This document shows positions 1 to 11,789 of a stretch of 51,172 bases of DNA, piece after piece. The stretch is from NCBI GenBank assembly GCA_001938485.1, contig MQRK01237787.1:6862-58033 (forward strand). The letters are read 5' to 3'. The stretch is from Girardia tigrina. Lineage: Eukaryota. Numbering within the stretch: the stretch's first letter is position 1; the number at the start of each line of letters is the position of its first letter. The position numbers were made by a program, and so were the translations under genes. The notes under the pieces were generated by a model. It was given only the letters and a program-made list of their open reading frames with translations, was not told the DNA's origin and made no database searches.

Positions 1-636
1 TCCTGTATGATAACCGACGTCGATCTGCACAGTGGTTGGACAAATATGAAGTACCGAAACACTTTCCAAAACCGAAACTAACACTCCGTAAGGTTATGGT
101 GACAGTTTGGTGGTGTGATGCTGGAATCATCAACTATAGTTTCTTGAATCCAGGTGAAACAATCACAGCGGAGAGGTACTGTTATGAAATTGATGAAATG
201 CATAAAAAATTGAAAACCCTTTCTCCGGGATTGGTCAATCGAAAAAGTCCCATCCTTCTTCATGATAACGCTAGACCTCATATTCCAAAAGTGACTCTTC
301 AAAAGCTTAATGAGTTGGGCTATGAAACTCTGCTTCATCCACCATATTCACCAGACCTCTCGCCAACGGACTTCTACTTTTTCAGGCATTTGTACAACTT
401 CCTACGTGAAAATAATTTCAAAAACCAAAATGATGCTCAAAATGCCTTCCAAGAATTCGTCGCCTCGAGAACCGATGCATTTTATGCTGATGGAATAAAA
501 CAACTTGTCTCTCGTTGACAAAAATGTATTGATGCCAACGGTTCATACTTTGATTAATAAACTTTTGTTTCTGTGAATTTGCTCGTCTTTGAAGTTTGTG
601 TCCCAAAACCGCCATTATTTTTCGACCAACCTAATA
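1..636 (+). mobile_element. mariner DNA transposon (Hsmar1/cecropia-like), 3' part, with transposase pseudogene and right TIR
   Basis: ORF 36-518 has KVMVTVWW, LLHDNARPH and HPPYSPDLSPTDF (D,D34D motifs). A premature TGA at 516-518 replaces the conserved W of RWQKC..G.YFD; the natural stop is at 555-557. TIR ccgccattatttttcgaccaacctaa (609-634) is followed by TA. Confidence 0.95.
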
Positions 637-1514
637 TACAGTTGTTTAGATTTGATAGACTAAAAACTAAAATTGAATTTGATTAAAGATATATTTTCCC
701 ATTTTTTAAATTTTTTTATGTATAAAAGAATCAAAATTTATATATAAGTAAGCAATGTTTATTTATTGATAATAATTACCAAAATTATCAAATTTCAAAG
801 GATTTTTTATATAATATTTTTTGTTTTTCTGTTTGGATGCCTAATTTTCTATAATCTGTTGTTAAATGGACCGCCTTGGGTTTTAATAAATGAACATCAT
901 GCCCGTGTATTGGTAACACATGTTCTGAGATGTCTTAGCTTTCGAAAAGAATGCATGGATAGACATCAGAAAATATAGTATGGGGGCCAGTTTATTTATG
1001 CATGAATTGAAAATATATTATATTCATGTGGACCTATAGATTGTCGACGATAAGGAAATGACGATTTTTGACTTTTCTTTCTAAAAGGGTTCGGACTATT
1101 CTATGTCTTTTGACATGCTGAGAAAAGAAATTTTAAAATACAAAAATTATCCAATAAAAATCTCATTTCAATGCCATTGACACTGGTAGTTATGGAATAT
1201 TCAAAATTTTCCATTTTTTTTAATTACATTGTTTATGAAATGTACATTTTTTAAATACCAGAAAATTAGTCGTATATTGCCTTGTATATTGTGTTTATTG
1301 GGTGTATGCTTGGAGTATACTGACGGATGAGACATTATTTCTCATATATTTAGTTGTAATTAAATGTAACCACACTTTATTAAAGTATATTTTCATTTAT
1401 TTTCTACATTTTCATTGGTTATTTGATTTTAAATTCTGATTATTAATATAGAATTTCCGATTAAATGTCCAAATTTTTTATTAGCTAAAAATGAGTGTAA
1501 AATACGTATACTTT

Positions 1515-1555
1515 TTATAACCTGACGATGATGTTTATACCGTCGACATTATATA
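1515..1555 (+). ncRNA. degenerate minimal hammerhead ribozyme (Penelope pLTR remnant)
   Basis: CTGACGA (1522-1528)-T-GATGT-TTATA-CCGTC-GACA is homologous to the hammerheads at 10021-10059 and 22983-23029. GAAA is mutated to GACA and stem II is mismatched. Confidence 0.6.
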
Positions 1556-2339
1556 TATATTTAAAAATAAAGCATTTTCCGTCAGTTTTATGATTTTAAA
1601 AATAAACTGTAGTGGTTTTTTTAATTATTTGATCCTTATATTATTAATTTTATAGTCCTTGCAGGTTGTGTTCTTCATTTCATCTTGTAATTCACTTCAA
1701 AACATTTTCATTTCCAGAAGAAGTTTGTTTAATTCTTTTATTTATTTTTTTATTTATTCTTTTATTTATTTTTCGTAAATTTCGTATAAAGATAAGAAGT
1801 CATGTTCTTTTTAACATAAACATTTTTGAAAAAATGCTAATTACTGCTGCATTTTAGATCCAGCATTACTGGAATTATTTTAAGCTATCATTTGCAAATT
1901 TTTAGACATAAATTTATATAACTTTAAAATCTTTTCTCATTTGTAAGAGACACAATATTTGATAATGATTATCATTTTTCATTAATTAAAGAATATTCAT
2001 GTTATAAAAGATGAACGCGATACAACACTGCCGATATTAATATACTTTCACCTGGCCCCCAAGTGTATCTTTAAACTGGGATATGCCTGTAAAATATCAA
2101 TATTTACAAAACTTTTACATAAAAATGATTTCTTATTTCAGTAATATCTGTTTTGAGAAGTTTATGAAAAAGGATTTTTAAATATATAGCATTTTTACAA
2201 TAAAATTGAACTTTTGCCAAATGAAATTGAACTTTTATGAATACATTTGAAAAAATAAAAATTAAAAAATAAATTGTATTGTTTATATACTATAAGATAA
2301 TTTATAATTTAAATTTTTAGTACCTTAAGAATGTTAAAT

Positions 2340-2680
2340 AATAATTCGTTCATTAATAACAGAAAGTAAAAGGCCTCTGCTGAAATTCGAAGACTTGTAA
2401 TTGAAAAGGCTTTTAATTGTGGTGAGAGAATGGTTAATGTAGCAAACGAATTGCAAATAAAAAATGAACGGTGGCAATGATAGTCAAGGTTTTTAAACTA
2501 CTGTTCGTTATAGAGAAATTTTAAGTCAGGGGAAAGTCAGTCAAGAAGATCACAATGAAAATTGGGGGTTTAGTTGAGATGCTAATTTAGGTAAACCAAA
2601 CGATAACTTTAAAATATATTAAAAACAAGTGTGAGCTCGAGCTGGATTTTGTATTATCAGAATCATCAATATATTCGTAA
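2340..2680 (+). pseudogene. possible IS630/Tc1-like transposase N-terminal (HTH) relic
   Basis: Frameshifted fragments (..LVIEKAFNCGERMVNVANELQIK..) resemble Tc1/IS630 N-terminal HTH regions. No catalytic domain seen. Confidence 0.3.
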
Positions 2681-3424
2681 AAAAAAAGAAAAAATGAGAA
2701 ATAATTAAAAATTGTTTTTTTAATTAAATCATTTTAATTAATTAAAATGTTAATAGGGAATTTTTTTTTAAAAAATCGTTATTTTAAATCTGAGTTTGAC
2801 ACTTTTTTTGGCTGGACCACAGTTCCTTAAAAAAATTTTTTTCTATACATATTTACGGTGGACTCCCATAAAACTCGAGTTTACACAACGCGTTAAGAAA
2901 GGTAAGACGACTTTTTTCATATAAAACGATGTCGGTATAACGCGTTATAAAATTTAATGTGGAAATTTCCATTTTAAACACTTTACATACATTAAATTTT
3001 TATTCAAACTCGTTTCTCCATTTCTTGTTTTTCAATGAAGTACTTTTGTATTGCTTTGTCAATTTAATTACATATACATCGTCATTATTAGCAACATCAC
3101 ATTTTGCGTAAACACATTTATTTACAATAAAAACAGTATGTTTGCTTTAAGATGATTACTACGCTAGCAAACCAATTAAATATTAAACTTGTTGTAACAC
3201 GACAGTGCAACAAAAAGAAACACCGGAATAATCATTAATCATCACACGTGGAAGATTATCTTGGCAAAACAATATTTATACCATATTTAGATTCAATAAT
3301 TAATTCTTTGAAATGCCGCTTTTCGGAAAGTAATTATGCACAGTTCAATCCTTTTTCATTACATCCAATTCAAATTAGTAACTTCAATCGTCAAAATGAG
3401 TGTTATAAATAATACTTTAAACAT

Positions 3425-3523
3425 GGGGATCTGTTACTTTGGTAACCTGTGTTAAGCCAGTCGGACATACCTCCACGTGGTGTCCCTGGGAAACTAGAGC
3501 TTGCTCTAGGCTAAAGTGTCCGA
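3425..3523 (+). ncRNA. HDV-like self-cleaving ribozyme
   Basis: P1 GGGGAT (3425-3430)/GTCCCT (3482-3487) with G1-U wobble; P2 TCGGACAT (3461-3468)/GTGTCCGA (3516-3523); P3 ACC/GGT around L3 TCCACGT; P1.1 CC/GG; P4 CTAGAG-CTTG-CTCTAG; J4/2 GCTAA with putative catalytic C at 3511. Confidence 0.85.
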
Positions 3524-3729
3524 AGTTTGCCTTGTTGGGGTGCTGACCAACATAGTACGGAGGTCTGGGCCTGCAATCCACCCCTTTAAAAGGCATTGCT
3601 ATCCGAGCGGGATGTGGAAATGTCTTCGGACAACGCCCACTATCAGTTGAGGGGTGAAACCCGATGAAAGACCGACTCGGCTCCTTTGGCTCCTGATGGG
3701 CGTATGCGGATTACCGCGGGAGGGAGGCG
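3425..3729 (+). mobile_element. 305-bp non-coding ribozyme-headed retroelement (SINE/SIDE-like)
   Basis: GC-rich island starting at ribozyme G1. Flanked by 12-bp direct repeats TACTTTAAACAT (3413-3424) and TACTTAAAACAT (3730-3741), one mismatch. Confidence 0.75.
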
Positions 3730-3967
3730 TACTTAAAACATAAAAAAGATCGAAAATGAAGTCATGATTTGGTATGATATCATAAATATGGTATGATATC
3801 ATATGTGATCTATCATAAAACTTAGAGTTATGTGATTTTGGCTTTCTGTATTTGTTATGATAAACTAGTTTGTTTCCAGTAATCCGTCATGCAATTTTGA
3901 TTTTAATAACGTTATCAACCACGTGTACAGAGAGGTCTTTTAGTACATTACGGAGAGTCAAAACTTG

Positions 3968-4336
3968 GCTGAGGACTATTATGTCTGATGACCATTATCT
4001 AGCATTATAGATTTGCATTTGTTGTTTAGATTTGTGACTCTCCTACTCAGATGGGATTGATATGTTATTTGATTAATTATTTGAATCTAATGAAATTAAT
4101 TTAATGATATTAAATTAAAGTACTAATTAATTAAAGTTTGATAATTATGAATTTTAATAATATTTTCAGTAAACGATTTTTTTCATATTTTTTAATAATA
4201 TTTTCAAATTTTTTCATATTTAAATATTTAATCAAAAACTATATTAATCAAAGAATGATGACCACTGAAAATTGTTGTGAAGAATCTGTTTGTGTTGTAA
4301 ATAAATGTTTGCATTCAAATTGTGATGTTGTTAATA
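3968..4336 (+). mobile_element. LTR, family copy A (degenerate 5' end)
   Basis: Starts near GCTGAGGA. Has the TCTCCTACTCAGATGG box, ATG 4255 (MMTTENCCEESVCVVNKCLHSNCDVVN) and AATAAA 31 nt before the end GTTAATA. No TSD recognised. Confidence 0.7.
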
Positions 4337-4467
4337 GATTTGTAAAGTGCACACACTGAAAAAAAATAAGAACAAAAAGGCGAAATTCATGGATAGTGTA
4401 ATTAACAAGTTTATTACTGACCGAAGAAGGCTTGAATTTTTATTCAAGCAAGATTCATGTAAATAAA

Positions 4468-4787
4468 ATTTGTTGTTTAGATTTGTGACTCTCCTACTCA
4501 GATGGGATTGATATGTTATTTGATTAATTATTTGAATCTAATGAAATTAATTTAATGATATTAAATTAAAGTACTAATTAATTAAAGTTTGATAATTATG
4601 AATTTTAATAATATTTTCAGTAAACGATTTTTTTCATATTTTTTAATAATATTTTCAAATTTTTTCATATTTAAATATTTAATCAAAAACTATATTAATC
4701 AAAGAATGATGACCACTGAAAATTGTTGTGAAGAATCTGTTTGTGTTGTCAATAAATGTTTATATTCAAATTGTGATGTTGTTAATA
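4468..4787 (+). repeat. near-identical direct copy (A') of 4017-4336, a 5'-truncated LTR
   Basis: Direct repeat at 451-bp offset with only a few substitutions, ending at the same LTR terminus. Confidence 0.9.
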
Positions 4788-5659
4788 GGGGCCATGAAAA
4801 AAAATTAAAATTGGGGGGGACACGGAAACTTCTTTAGGGGACCACAAAATTTTTTGAAATACAATTATTAATTTTTGCAATCCGATTTTTATTTTTTGAA
4901 ATACAATTGTTAATTTTTGATAAAATTGTTGATAATTGTATTGTTAAAAATCAAAAATAATAATCGTATTTCAAAAATTAACAATTGTATTTCAGAAATT
5001 AGCAATGGTATTTCAAAAAATTAATAATTGTATTTCAAAAAATAACAACATCGATTTTAATTAAAAAAATTGAGCTAAAACATTAAAATACGTTTAAATG
5101 ATAAATATATTTTGTTAAGTTTATTAAAACATGTAAAAAAATGAAACGAATAAATCGTTAAAATAATTTTAGGTAATAATATGTTTTTTAAATTTAAATA
5201 TTGATAATAAATAAAAACATTAAAATCTTTTATTAATTAAAACGTTTTTAAAAATAAAATAAAATAACATTAAACTAATTTTAAAGTAATAAAAAATCTT
5301 TTTGTTAATTTAGTTAAAATAATTATGTTGATTGCTTATTTTATTTTAAATTAAATTTTAAGAAATAGTAGAATGTTAATCTATAAAATTAAGGGAATAA
5401 AAAAATAAAACTTTAATTTTTTCAAATAACGTTTTTAATAAATAGCTTATCAGTATTTATAATCCGATATTTTTATATATAAGGAATCTGGTCAAAAGAA
5501 AATGAAAGAAAAGTTCCTCGGCGAAAAATTGTTTAAATAACTGTAATTTTTGTTATAAATAAAATTTGGTGTTAATGAATTATAATCTTGATGAAGAACC
5601 CAACAATAAATATAAGACAATTTTGGATAAATAAAATCACTAAAACCGTTAATATAAAT

Positions 5660-5995
5660 CAGGGGTTCTCAACCTTTTTTTAGTCGTGCCCCCCCCAAAA
5701 TTATATTTTCACTCGTGGCCCCCTTTTTATTTTTAAAAAAGGCATTTATTTTATAATTTTTTTATACAATATACATAGAAAAAACAAATGTGCAATATAA
5801 AGAGTTTTTATTCTATAAAATTTCTGAAGGATCTCATTAAGAAGTTTTATTTTGTGAGTTCCTTGTACCTGATGTAAACTAGCCAATTTTTTAATATCTG
5901 TTTCCAAATTTGTCAAAGACAGACGAAGGTCTCCTCTTTTTTCAATATCAAGTCGATTCCGTTCTTTTGATAACAAATAAACCACTCTACTAAAT
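5660..5995 (-). mobile_element. hAT (Charlie/Buster-type) transposon 3' end
   Basis: Terminal CAGGGGTTCTCAACC at 5660. Minus-strand peptide LLSKERNRLDIEKRGDLRLSLTNLETDIKKLASLHQVQGTH matches the Buster/ZBED5-8 transposase C-terminus pattern. Confidence 0.85.
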
Positions 5996-7511
5996 GTTCG
6001 TTTTTTTAATGATAATCAACTTTTTGTAGAAATTCTTATTGCACAAAAACTCAAGATGGATACTAAAGACGTAAAGTAAAGTAAATTAATCGATTAAATT
6101 TGAAGTTTAAATGAAGTCAACGAAAACTAACTTTACGATATCGCCAAAAAATAATAATCAATATTCCGATTAAATAGTCAAAATCGGTAATCATATAATT
6201 ATTTCAATAGCTGGACTTGGTATATATTTCCTAACTTTTGTCTAGAGAGCATTAGATTAATATTTCAGGTATCAAAGAAAAAAAACAGAAAACGAATTCG
6301 TAAGGTCGACTTCAATTTTGTCCTCGAAACAAAGTTATCAATTTATTCGTCCGAATTTTTCGTCACCATTTATTTCCTGATAACCGATCGATTATTTCAA
6401 TTAATTTATCGAAGATTATCAAAAAATATTATTTTTGTCAGATTATTTCATCTTTCCCATTTTAGCAAGTTATTATTTTTATTTATCATTTACTCCATCG
6501 GTCTCTCACGAAATACAGTGACTCAATTATATTAGTTGCATGTGGTCTTGGTATCTTGTTCATGTTATTTATTTACTTTATCTTATATTAAATATTCACA
6601 TATTAACTTAAATTTATTTTATTCTTTATTTATTACATATTGTTATTGTATATTTACTAATATCCAATAGAGACCATGTTTTATCAAAGATTTTCATATT
6701 AAATTATTGAGTTTTGGTAATTTGTGGAATATATATTTTAATATATCTATTATTTATTTATTTACAACGAACGATCTTGGCAGCTAAGGCAGATACCAAA
6801 ATAATTTTATAAGTTTAATGTTTTATAATGTTTAATGAATATGAAAGGGAGTTGTCGAATCCTTTTTTAAAACATGATCTCCGCAAACAGTTTATATGTA
6901 TAAATATTTTTTTTAATTCGAAGAATAATGTTACATTAATGTATTTCTCTGTAATGTAGGTAGTTTTGTATTTTTTTTCCTTTTCTAAATCTATTTTTTG
7001 TAAATTATTAACATATTTTTAATTTTATATTTTACAAAACTGTTTTCTTTTATTTTTTTGAAATACAATAAAATTTTACAATTTGATTTTATTTTGTTAT
7101 TTGTTAGAAAACATTTAGATGCAAACTGCAAAATGAAAGTAAAAGGAAATTCCAAGGCAACAATTTTAGTTGATCATGTTTGAACTTGGAACATCAAAAC
7201 TAGTTTGAAGTTATCTTTCTTTTACCTTTATCCCAACCTAATTATATTTATTTCCTTTTTGTTATTTTCAATGCAAAGAAAATATTTTATCATAATTGTT
7301 TAAAATGTATTTTACTTTTAATAAGTGAATTGATTGAGAATATTCAATGAGAGGAAAGTTTTAAAAAAAAACTTTTATTTTATATTTTTAGAAATGTAAC
7401 TTATGAACATTTGAATAATTTTAAAAGAATTTATGGTTGAAATTTAAGATTTTTCTAAAATTTATTTAATGTAAATGCTTTTAAGATCCTACTGAAAAAT
7501 AGACTAAACAT

Positions 7512-7924
7512 TGTGAGGAACGTTTTGAATTGTGTGTTGATATTGTGCATGTTGTATGTTGATTCGGATTGTACCTCTCCTGCACAGATGGATGATTGAT
7601 ATTTTCTTTGATTCTTACTAATTAAAAATAATTTAATTTAATTTTAAAGTAAAAAGATTTATAATAATTTTTGAATGTATTATTTATTTTTTAATGTAAT
7701 TTAAAATTTTAATATATTAATTTAATATGTTCTTTTTTAAAAAATGTTTAGATTTAATTTTAACCAATTAGATTCTTTAAAATTAATAATTTTATTAACA
7801 TATTTTCATTTATTGAAAATAATTAGTTTGATCTCAGAAATATATTGATCAAGAGAGATGTCAAATAGTGAATGCGCTTGTGATATTAATAAATGTTGTA
7901 AAACTCATATTGATGTTGTTAATA
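7512..7924 (+). mobile_element. solo LTR, family copy B
   Basis: TGTGAGGAA...GTTAATA with perfect TSD AACAT (7507-7511/7925-7929). TCTCCTGCACAGATGG box; ATG 7858 (MSNSECACDINKCCKTHIDVVN). Confidence 0.9.
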
Positions 7925-8159
7925 AACATAAAATACTGAATATATATAACTGCTGTCTAGGAACAAGGATATATAACCCCAAATTGGGCCAAAGTAAAAT
8001 TTTTGGTTAATAAAGATCAAACCCTTTATCATATTTCTTTTATATTTATGTTCGAAAAAACTGTTAGGGGTTTTATTTAAACACTTATCAATTTCCTTTC
8101 GCCCACTTTAGCTTTGATATTTCTTTAAAAGATTGAAGGAAATATACGTCTGTTGATAT

Positions 8160-8498
8160 TATTAACAAAATCAATATAAGGTTTACAACATTTATTAATA
8201 TCACAAATGCATTCAATATTTGACATTTCTCTTGATCAATATATTTCTGAGTTCAAACTAATTATTTTCAATAAATGAAAATCTGTTAATAAAAATTATT
8301 AATTATAAAGAATTTAATTGGTTGAAATTAAATCTAAACATTTTTTTTAAAAAAAAAGAACATATTAAATTAATATATTAAAATTTTAAATTACATTAAA
8401 AAATAAATAATACATTCAATAATTATTTAAAATATTTTTACTTTAAAATTAAATTATTTTTAATTAGTATGAATCAAATAAAATATCAATCATCCATC
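8160..8498 (-). mobile_element. inverted, 5'-truncated LTR copy B'
   Basis: Reverse complement of 7587-7924 with scattered substitutions. ATG 8226 (MSNIECICDINKCCKPYIDFVN). Confidence 0.9.
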
Positions 8499-10020
8499 CA
8501 TATTTTTGGAGGACATCATTTTTAGTGGGCGATTGGCGGAATAACTTCACTACTGACCTCACCTTTTTTATCAAAGAATAGAATTCCATCACTAGGTCCA
8601 CTAGAATAAAATTTCATGTAATAATTTAACAAGTAATGTTTTCCGAAACCGTTACCCGGTTATGAGGCCTAGTTAAAACCGGTTATAGGTTCTGACAAAT
8701 ATTCCTGTCTACCCAGGTACCTGGCTTCCGTGAACCACGGTTTACATGCCTTAAGCTCGAACCGCAGGTTGTCCCGAAAATCGGATGGTGGTATCAGGAC
8801 TGCGCAGTAAATCATTCTGATTGTGTTGTGCTAATCAAAACAAAAATAAATCACTCTTCTTTGAAGAATGAAAATAATCAATCACAAGCGCACAGTAATA
8901 ATCATTTGAGTTCAGAAATATGATAAAGAGGCTCTAAATCACAATATTAATGAATTTATAAAGTTAAAATAAATAACGCTAATTAAAGTTAGATTACTTT
9001 TTATTATCTTTCGATTCAACGATAAAGCTCTCACAAATCAACAAATTCTGAATTAATTAAAATAAATAGCTTCAGCCAAACTCAATATCACCCATAGAAA
9101 TTGAAAATGTACCTCATCAAAAAATGATCACAAAAAATATCCGCTATAATTCCATTTAATCACAAAGAAAACATCTCCCCGTCAAAAGAATCTCTTCAGA
9201 AAATCAATCTATAATTATTTTTCAAAAAAAAACAAAACCAAACTATTGATAATTTTCCAAAAAAAGATATCTATAATGTGTGCAACCAATCAGAGTTGCA
9301 CACAAAATGACTCATGTGACTCAGTTTTGAAGAATCAAAATTTTTCAAAAACGTAAATTAAGTTAAAATCATTACTTAAATTAATTTATTTTTTTTATTT
9401 ATTTAATTTTTAATTATCATAGATTGCCATTTGATAATTCTGTTTGAAAAACAGAGAGAATGAAAGACAGTTAATTTGCTATAATTAAAAAAATGATAAT
9501 ATACATAATGATATCAAGTGAATCCCGAGAAATTTGATTTAAAAATAATAAAAATAAGTAAGTAAATAAACTTAAAATATGAAAATAAATGTGGATAATT
9601 ATATAAAAATAATAAATATACATTAAAATGTGTATACGTAAAACATACAATATATTTTAATTCAGCAAATATCGTTCTTGCGAGATGGTATGGGGTACGC
9701 AGGAATAAATAATATATTCAGTAGAAGTATTTGTATGGATTCACTGTAAAATAAAATAGAATTTACCAATATAGACAAAAGCGATAAAATTAGCAAATTA
9801 TTATCATTGAAATTATAAAAATAATTTCAAAAAAAATCCGAAATAAAATCAAAATCTTAATAAAACTCAAAATCAAAAATCACCAATATAAATCAGAAAT
9901 TCCTAATAAAAAGAAAAAAATCAAGCTAAAATAAAAATCTCAGTTTAAAATAAAAAATCTCAATTTAAAATTAAAGCCTCAATTTAAAATGAAAACACTA
10001 TAAATGTATATTTTTTTCGT

Positions 10021-10059
10021 GACAATTAATTTCGACGGTATAACCGTCATCGTCAGGTC
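10021..10059 (-). ncRNA. minimal type-I hammerhead ribozyme (intact core)
   Basis: GAC-CUGACGA-U-GACGG-UUAUA-CCGUC-GAAA-UUAA-UU-GUC, with palindromic AAUUAAUU replacing stem III. Confidence 0.85.
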
Positions 10060-10130
10060 TCAAGAAAAAAATGAATTTTAAATCTGCTTATATAGGCAAG
10101 CAGTGATTATGTCATCAATGAATTATTATG

Positions 10131-10703
10131 TCATCTAAACACGCTCAATAGGGTTTTCGAGAGACCCATTTGCACATTAATCTTAGGATCTAAAGATCTG
10201 ATATAAAGTGCTTCACAGGCCACCCTCTCACAATAGTTTTTAAAACGAGAACACAGAATTTTAAAATCATTTATGTTTGTGTTTTCATTCGACTTACAAC
10301 CCTTTCTGTGTTCTGCAATATTACTCCCACCTACATTCCGACCATGTTCTTGGATTATCTTATAAAGATGACGGGACGTCTCTCCAATGTATGTGGCATT
10401 ACACCCATTACATGTAAATTTATATACGAGATCCGAAAATAATCCAAATGGGGTTGGAGATTTATTACAAAACACATTTTGGATTTTATATGTTTGTGAT
10501 ATTATTTTTAAATTAAAGGCATTATTTACGCATTTTAAAATAGAACGTTTAAATTGACCAACTCCCTCTGAATATGGAATGCTTAAAACGTATTTTAAAG
10601 TTGTTGAGTCTTTATCATTTATAATCGGTTTATTAATTAATTTATCAATTGTTTCTTTGGTCAATTTCTCAACAATTGATTTTGAGTAACCATTTTTATT
10701 CAA
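10131..10703 (-). CDS. Penelope-like element ORF C-terminal fragment (linker plus GIY-YIG endonuclease)
   Basis: LVYKFTCNGCNATYIGETSRHL..IQEH...IAEH...EALYIRSLDPKIN, a typical PLE GIY-YIG domain. RT core is missing. Confidence 0.9.
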   Translation of the reverse strand: MNKNGYSKSIVEKLTKETIDKLINKPIINDKDSTTLKYVLSIPYSEGVGQFKRSILKCVNNAFNLKIISQTYKIQNVFCNKSPTPFGLFSDLVYKFTCNGCNATYIGETSRHLYKIIQEHGRNVGGSNIAEHRKGCKSNENTNINDFKILCSRFKNYCERVACEALYIRSLDPKINVQMGLSKTLLSVFR

Positions 10704-10926
10704 TTGATTATTTTAGTTAATTGATTAATGCTATCACAGCTTTTTGTATAAGCTGATAATATATCAGATCAAGTTAATATTATATCAGATCTTTAGATCA
10801 TAAGATTAATGTGCAAACGGGTCTCTAGAAAACTCTATTGAGCGTGTTTAGATGACATAATAATCCATTGATGACATAATCACTGCTTGTCTATATAAGC
10901 AGATTTAAAATTCATTTCTTTCTTGA

Positions 10927-10965
10927 GACCTGACGATGACGGTTATACCGTCAAAATTAATTGTC
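10927..10965 (+). ncRNA. minimal hammerhead ribozyme copy, probably inactivated
   Basis: Same motif as 10021-10059 but GAAA is changed to AAAA (10953-10956). Confidence 0.75.
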
Positions 10966-11039
10966 ATGAAAAAGAAATGTATATTTAACAAATGGCGTAT
11001 TTTTGTTTTTTAAAAAATAAGATGCCATCATTTTTTAAT

Positions 11040-11220
11040 TTTTTGAATAACTATAAATATAGTTTGAATTTCTGAAAATTACCAAAATTCATAACAATAT
11101 ATTTAAAATTTAAATAAAGTTAATTATAAATATTCAATATATTCGCGATATCAGTCGACTTTCTGGACAGGAGAGAAACCACTCTAAAACAACATAACAT
11201 TGAGACAACAATCCTCTAAA
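11040..11220 (-). mobile_element. LTR family 5' fragment (copy I)
   Basis: Minus strand reads TTTAGAGGATTG...TGTTATGTTG...TCTCCTGTCCAGAAAG..TGATAT, matching the family's 5' boxes. 3' part not seen; left boundary approximate. Confidence 0.5.
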
Positions 11221-11789
11221 TTGAATTATAAATGACAGATGTGATATATAATGTAGCAATTTTAAAAAATATTAAAAACTAAAAAATAATAATTTTATAA
11301 AACAGAATATTATTCTCGGATATAAATTTCATTTTCCTTCATCCTCATAATGAATGTCAATTGATTTGGGTAATTATTATAAAGAATCATTGAAAAATTG
11401 GTATCAAACAATTTTCTTGGATAAAATCCCAAGAGAAATTGAGAATGAGCGATTTTAGTTTGCCTCATTTATCAATAATTAATATGCAAATAAATTATAT
11501 CAATTACTATTTCGATATTATTTGATCTGTTTTTTATAATTTCTTTGATTAATTTGCCTTTTTATACATTTACTATATTTATCCAAGTAATGTTTTTCAA
11601 AGGGAACTAAAAGTATTTTAGATTTAGCATTTTTAACAAGGAAAACAACTTTTTTGAAATATTGAATTGGTTTTATATTTTTGAACATAACGAAAACGAA
11701 TTTGTAGTTGCATTTTTATTAATATTTTTGTGATACATTATTTAAAAACTTAACTCTTCATATTTTAGCTTTTATATGACGCATGAGGT

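Larger units (their letters stand above)
10001..10986 (-). mobile_element. 5'-truncated Penelope-like retroelement with an inverted pseudo-LTR
   Basis: Minus-strand GIY-YIG ORF end plus pLTR (~10001-10205), and an inverted plus-strand pLTR copy (~10781-10986). Both pLTRs carry hammerhead motifs. Confidence 0.9.

Noticed and set aside
3599-3802. 67-aa minus-strand ORF
   Set aside because: It is an antisense shadow across the boundary of the GC-rich ribozyme-headed element.
4337-4355. Half-tRNA primer-binding site after LTR A
   Set aside because: Its complement does not give a self-consistent anticodon stem. It cannot be supported without the tRNA set.
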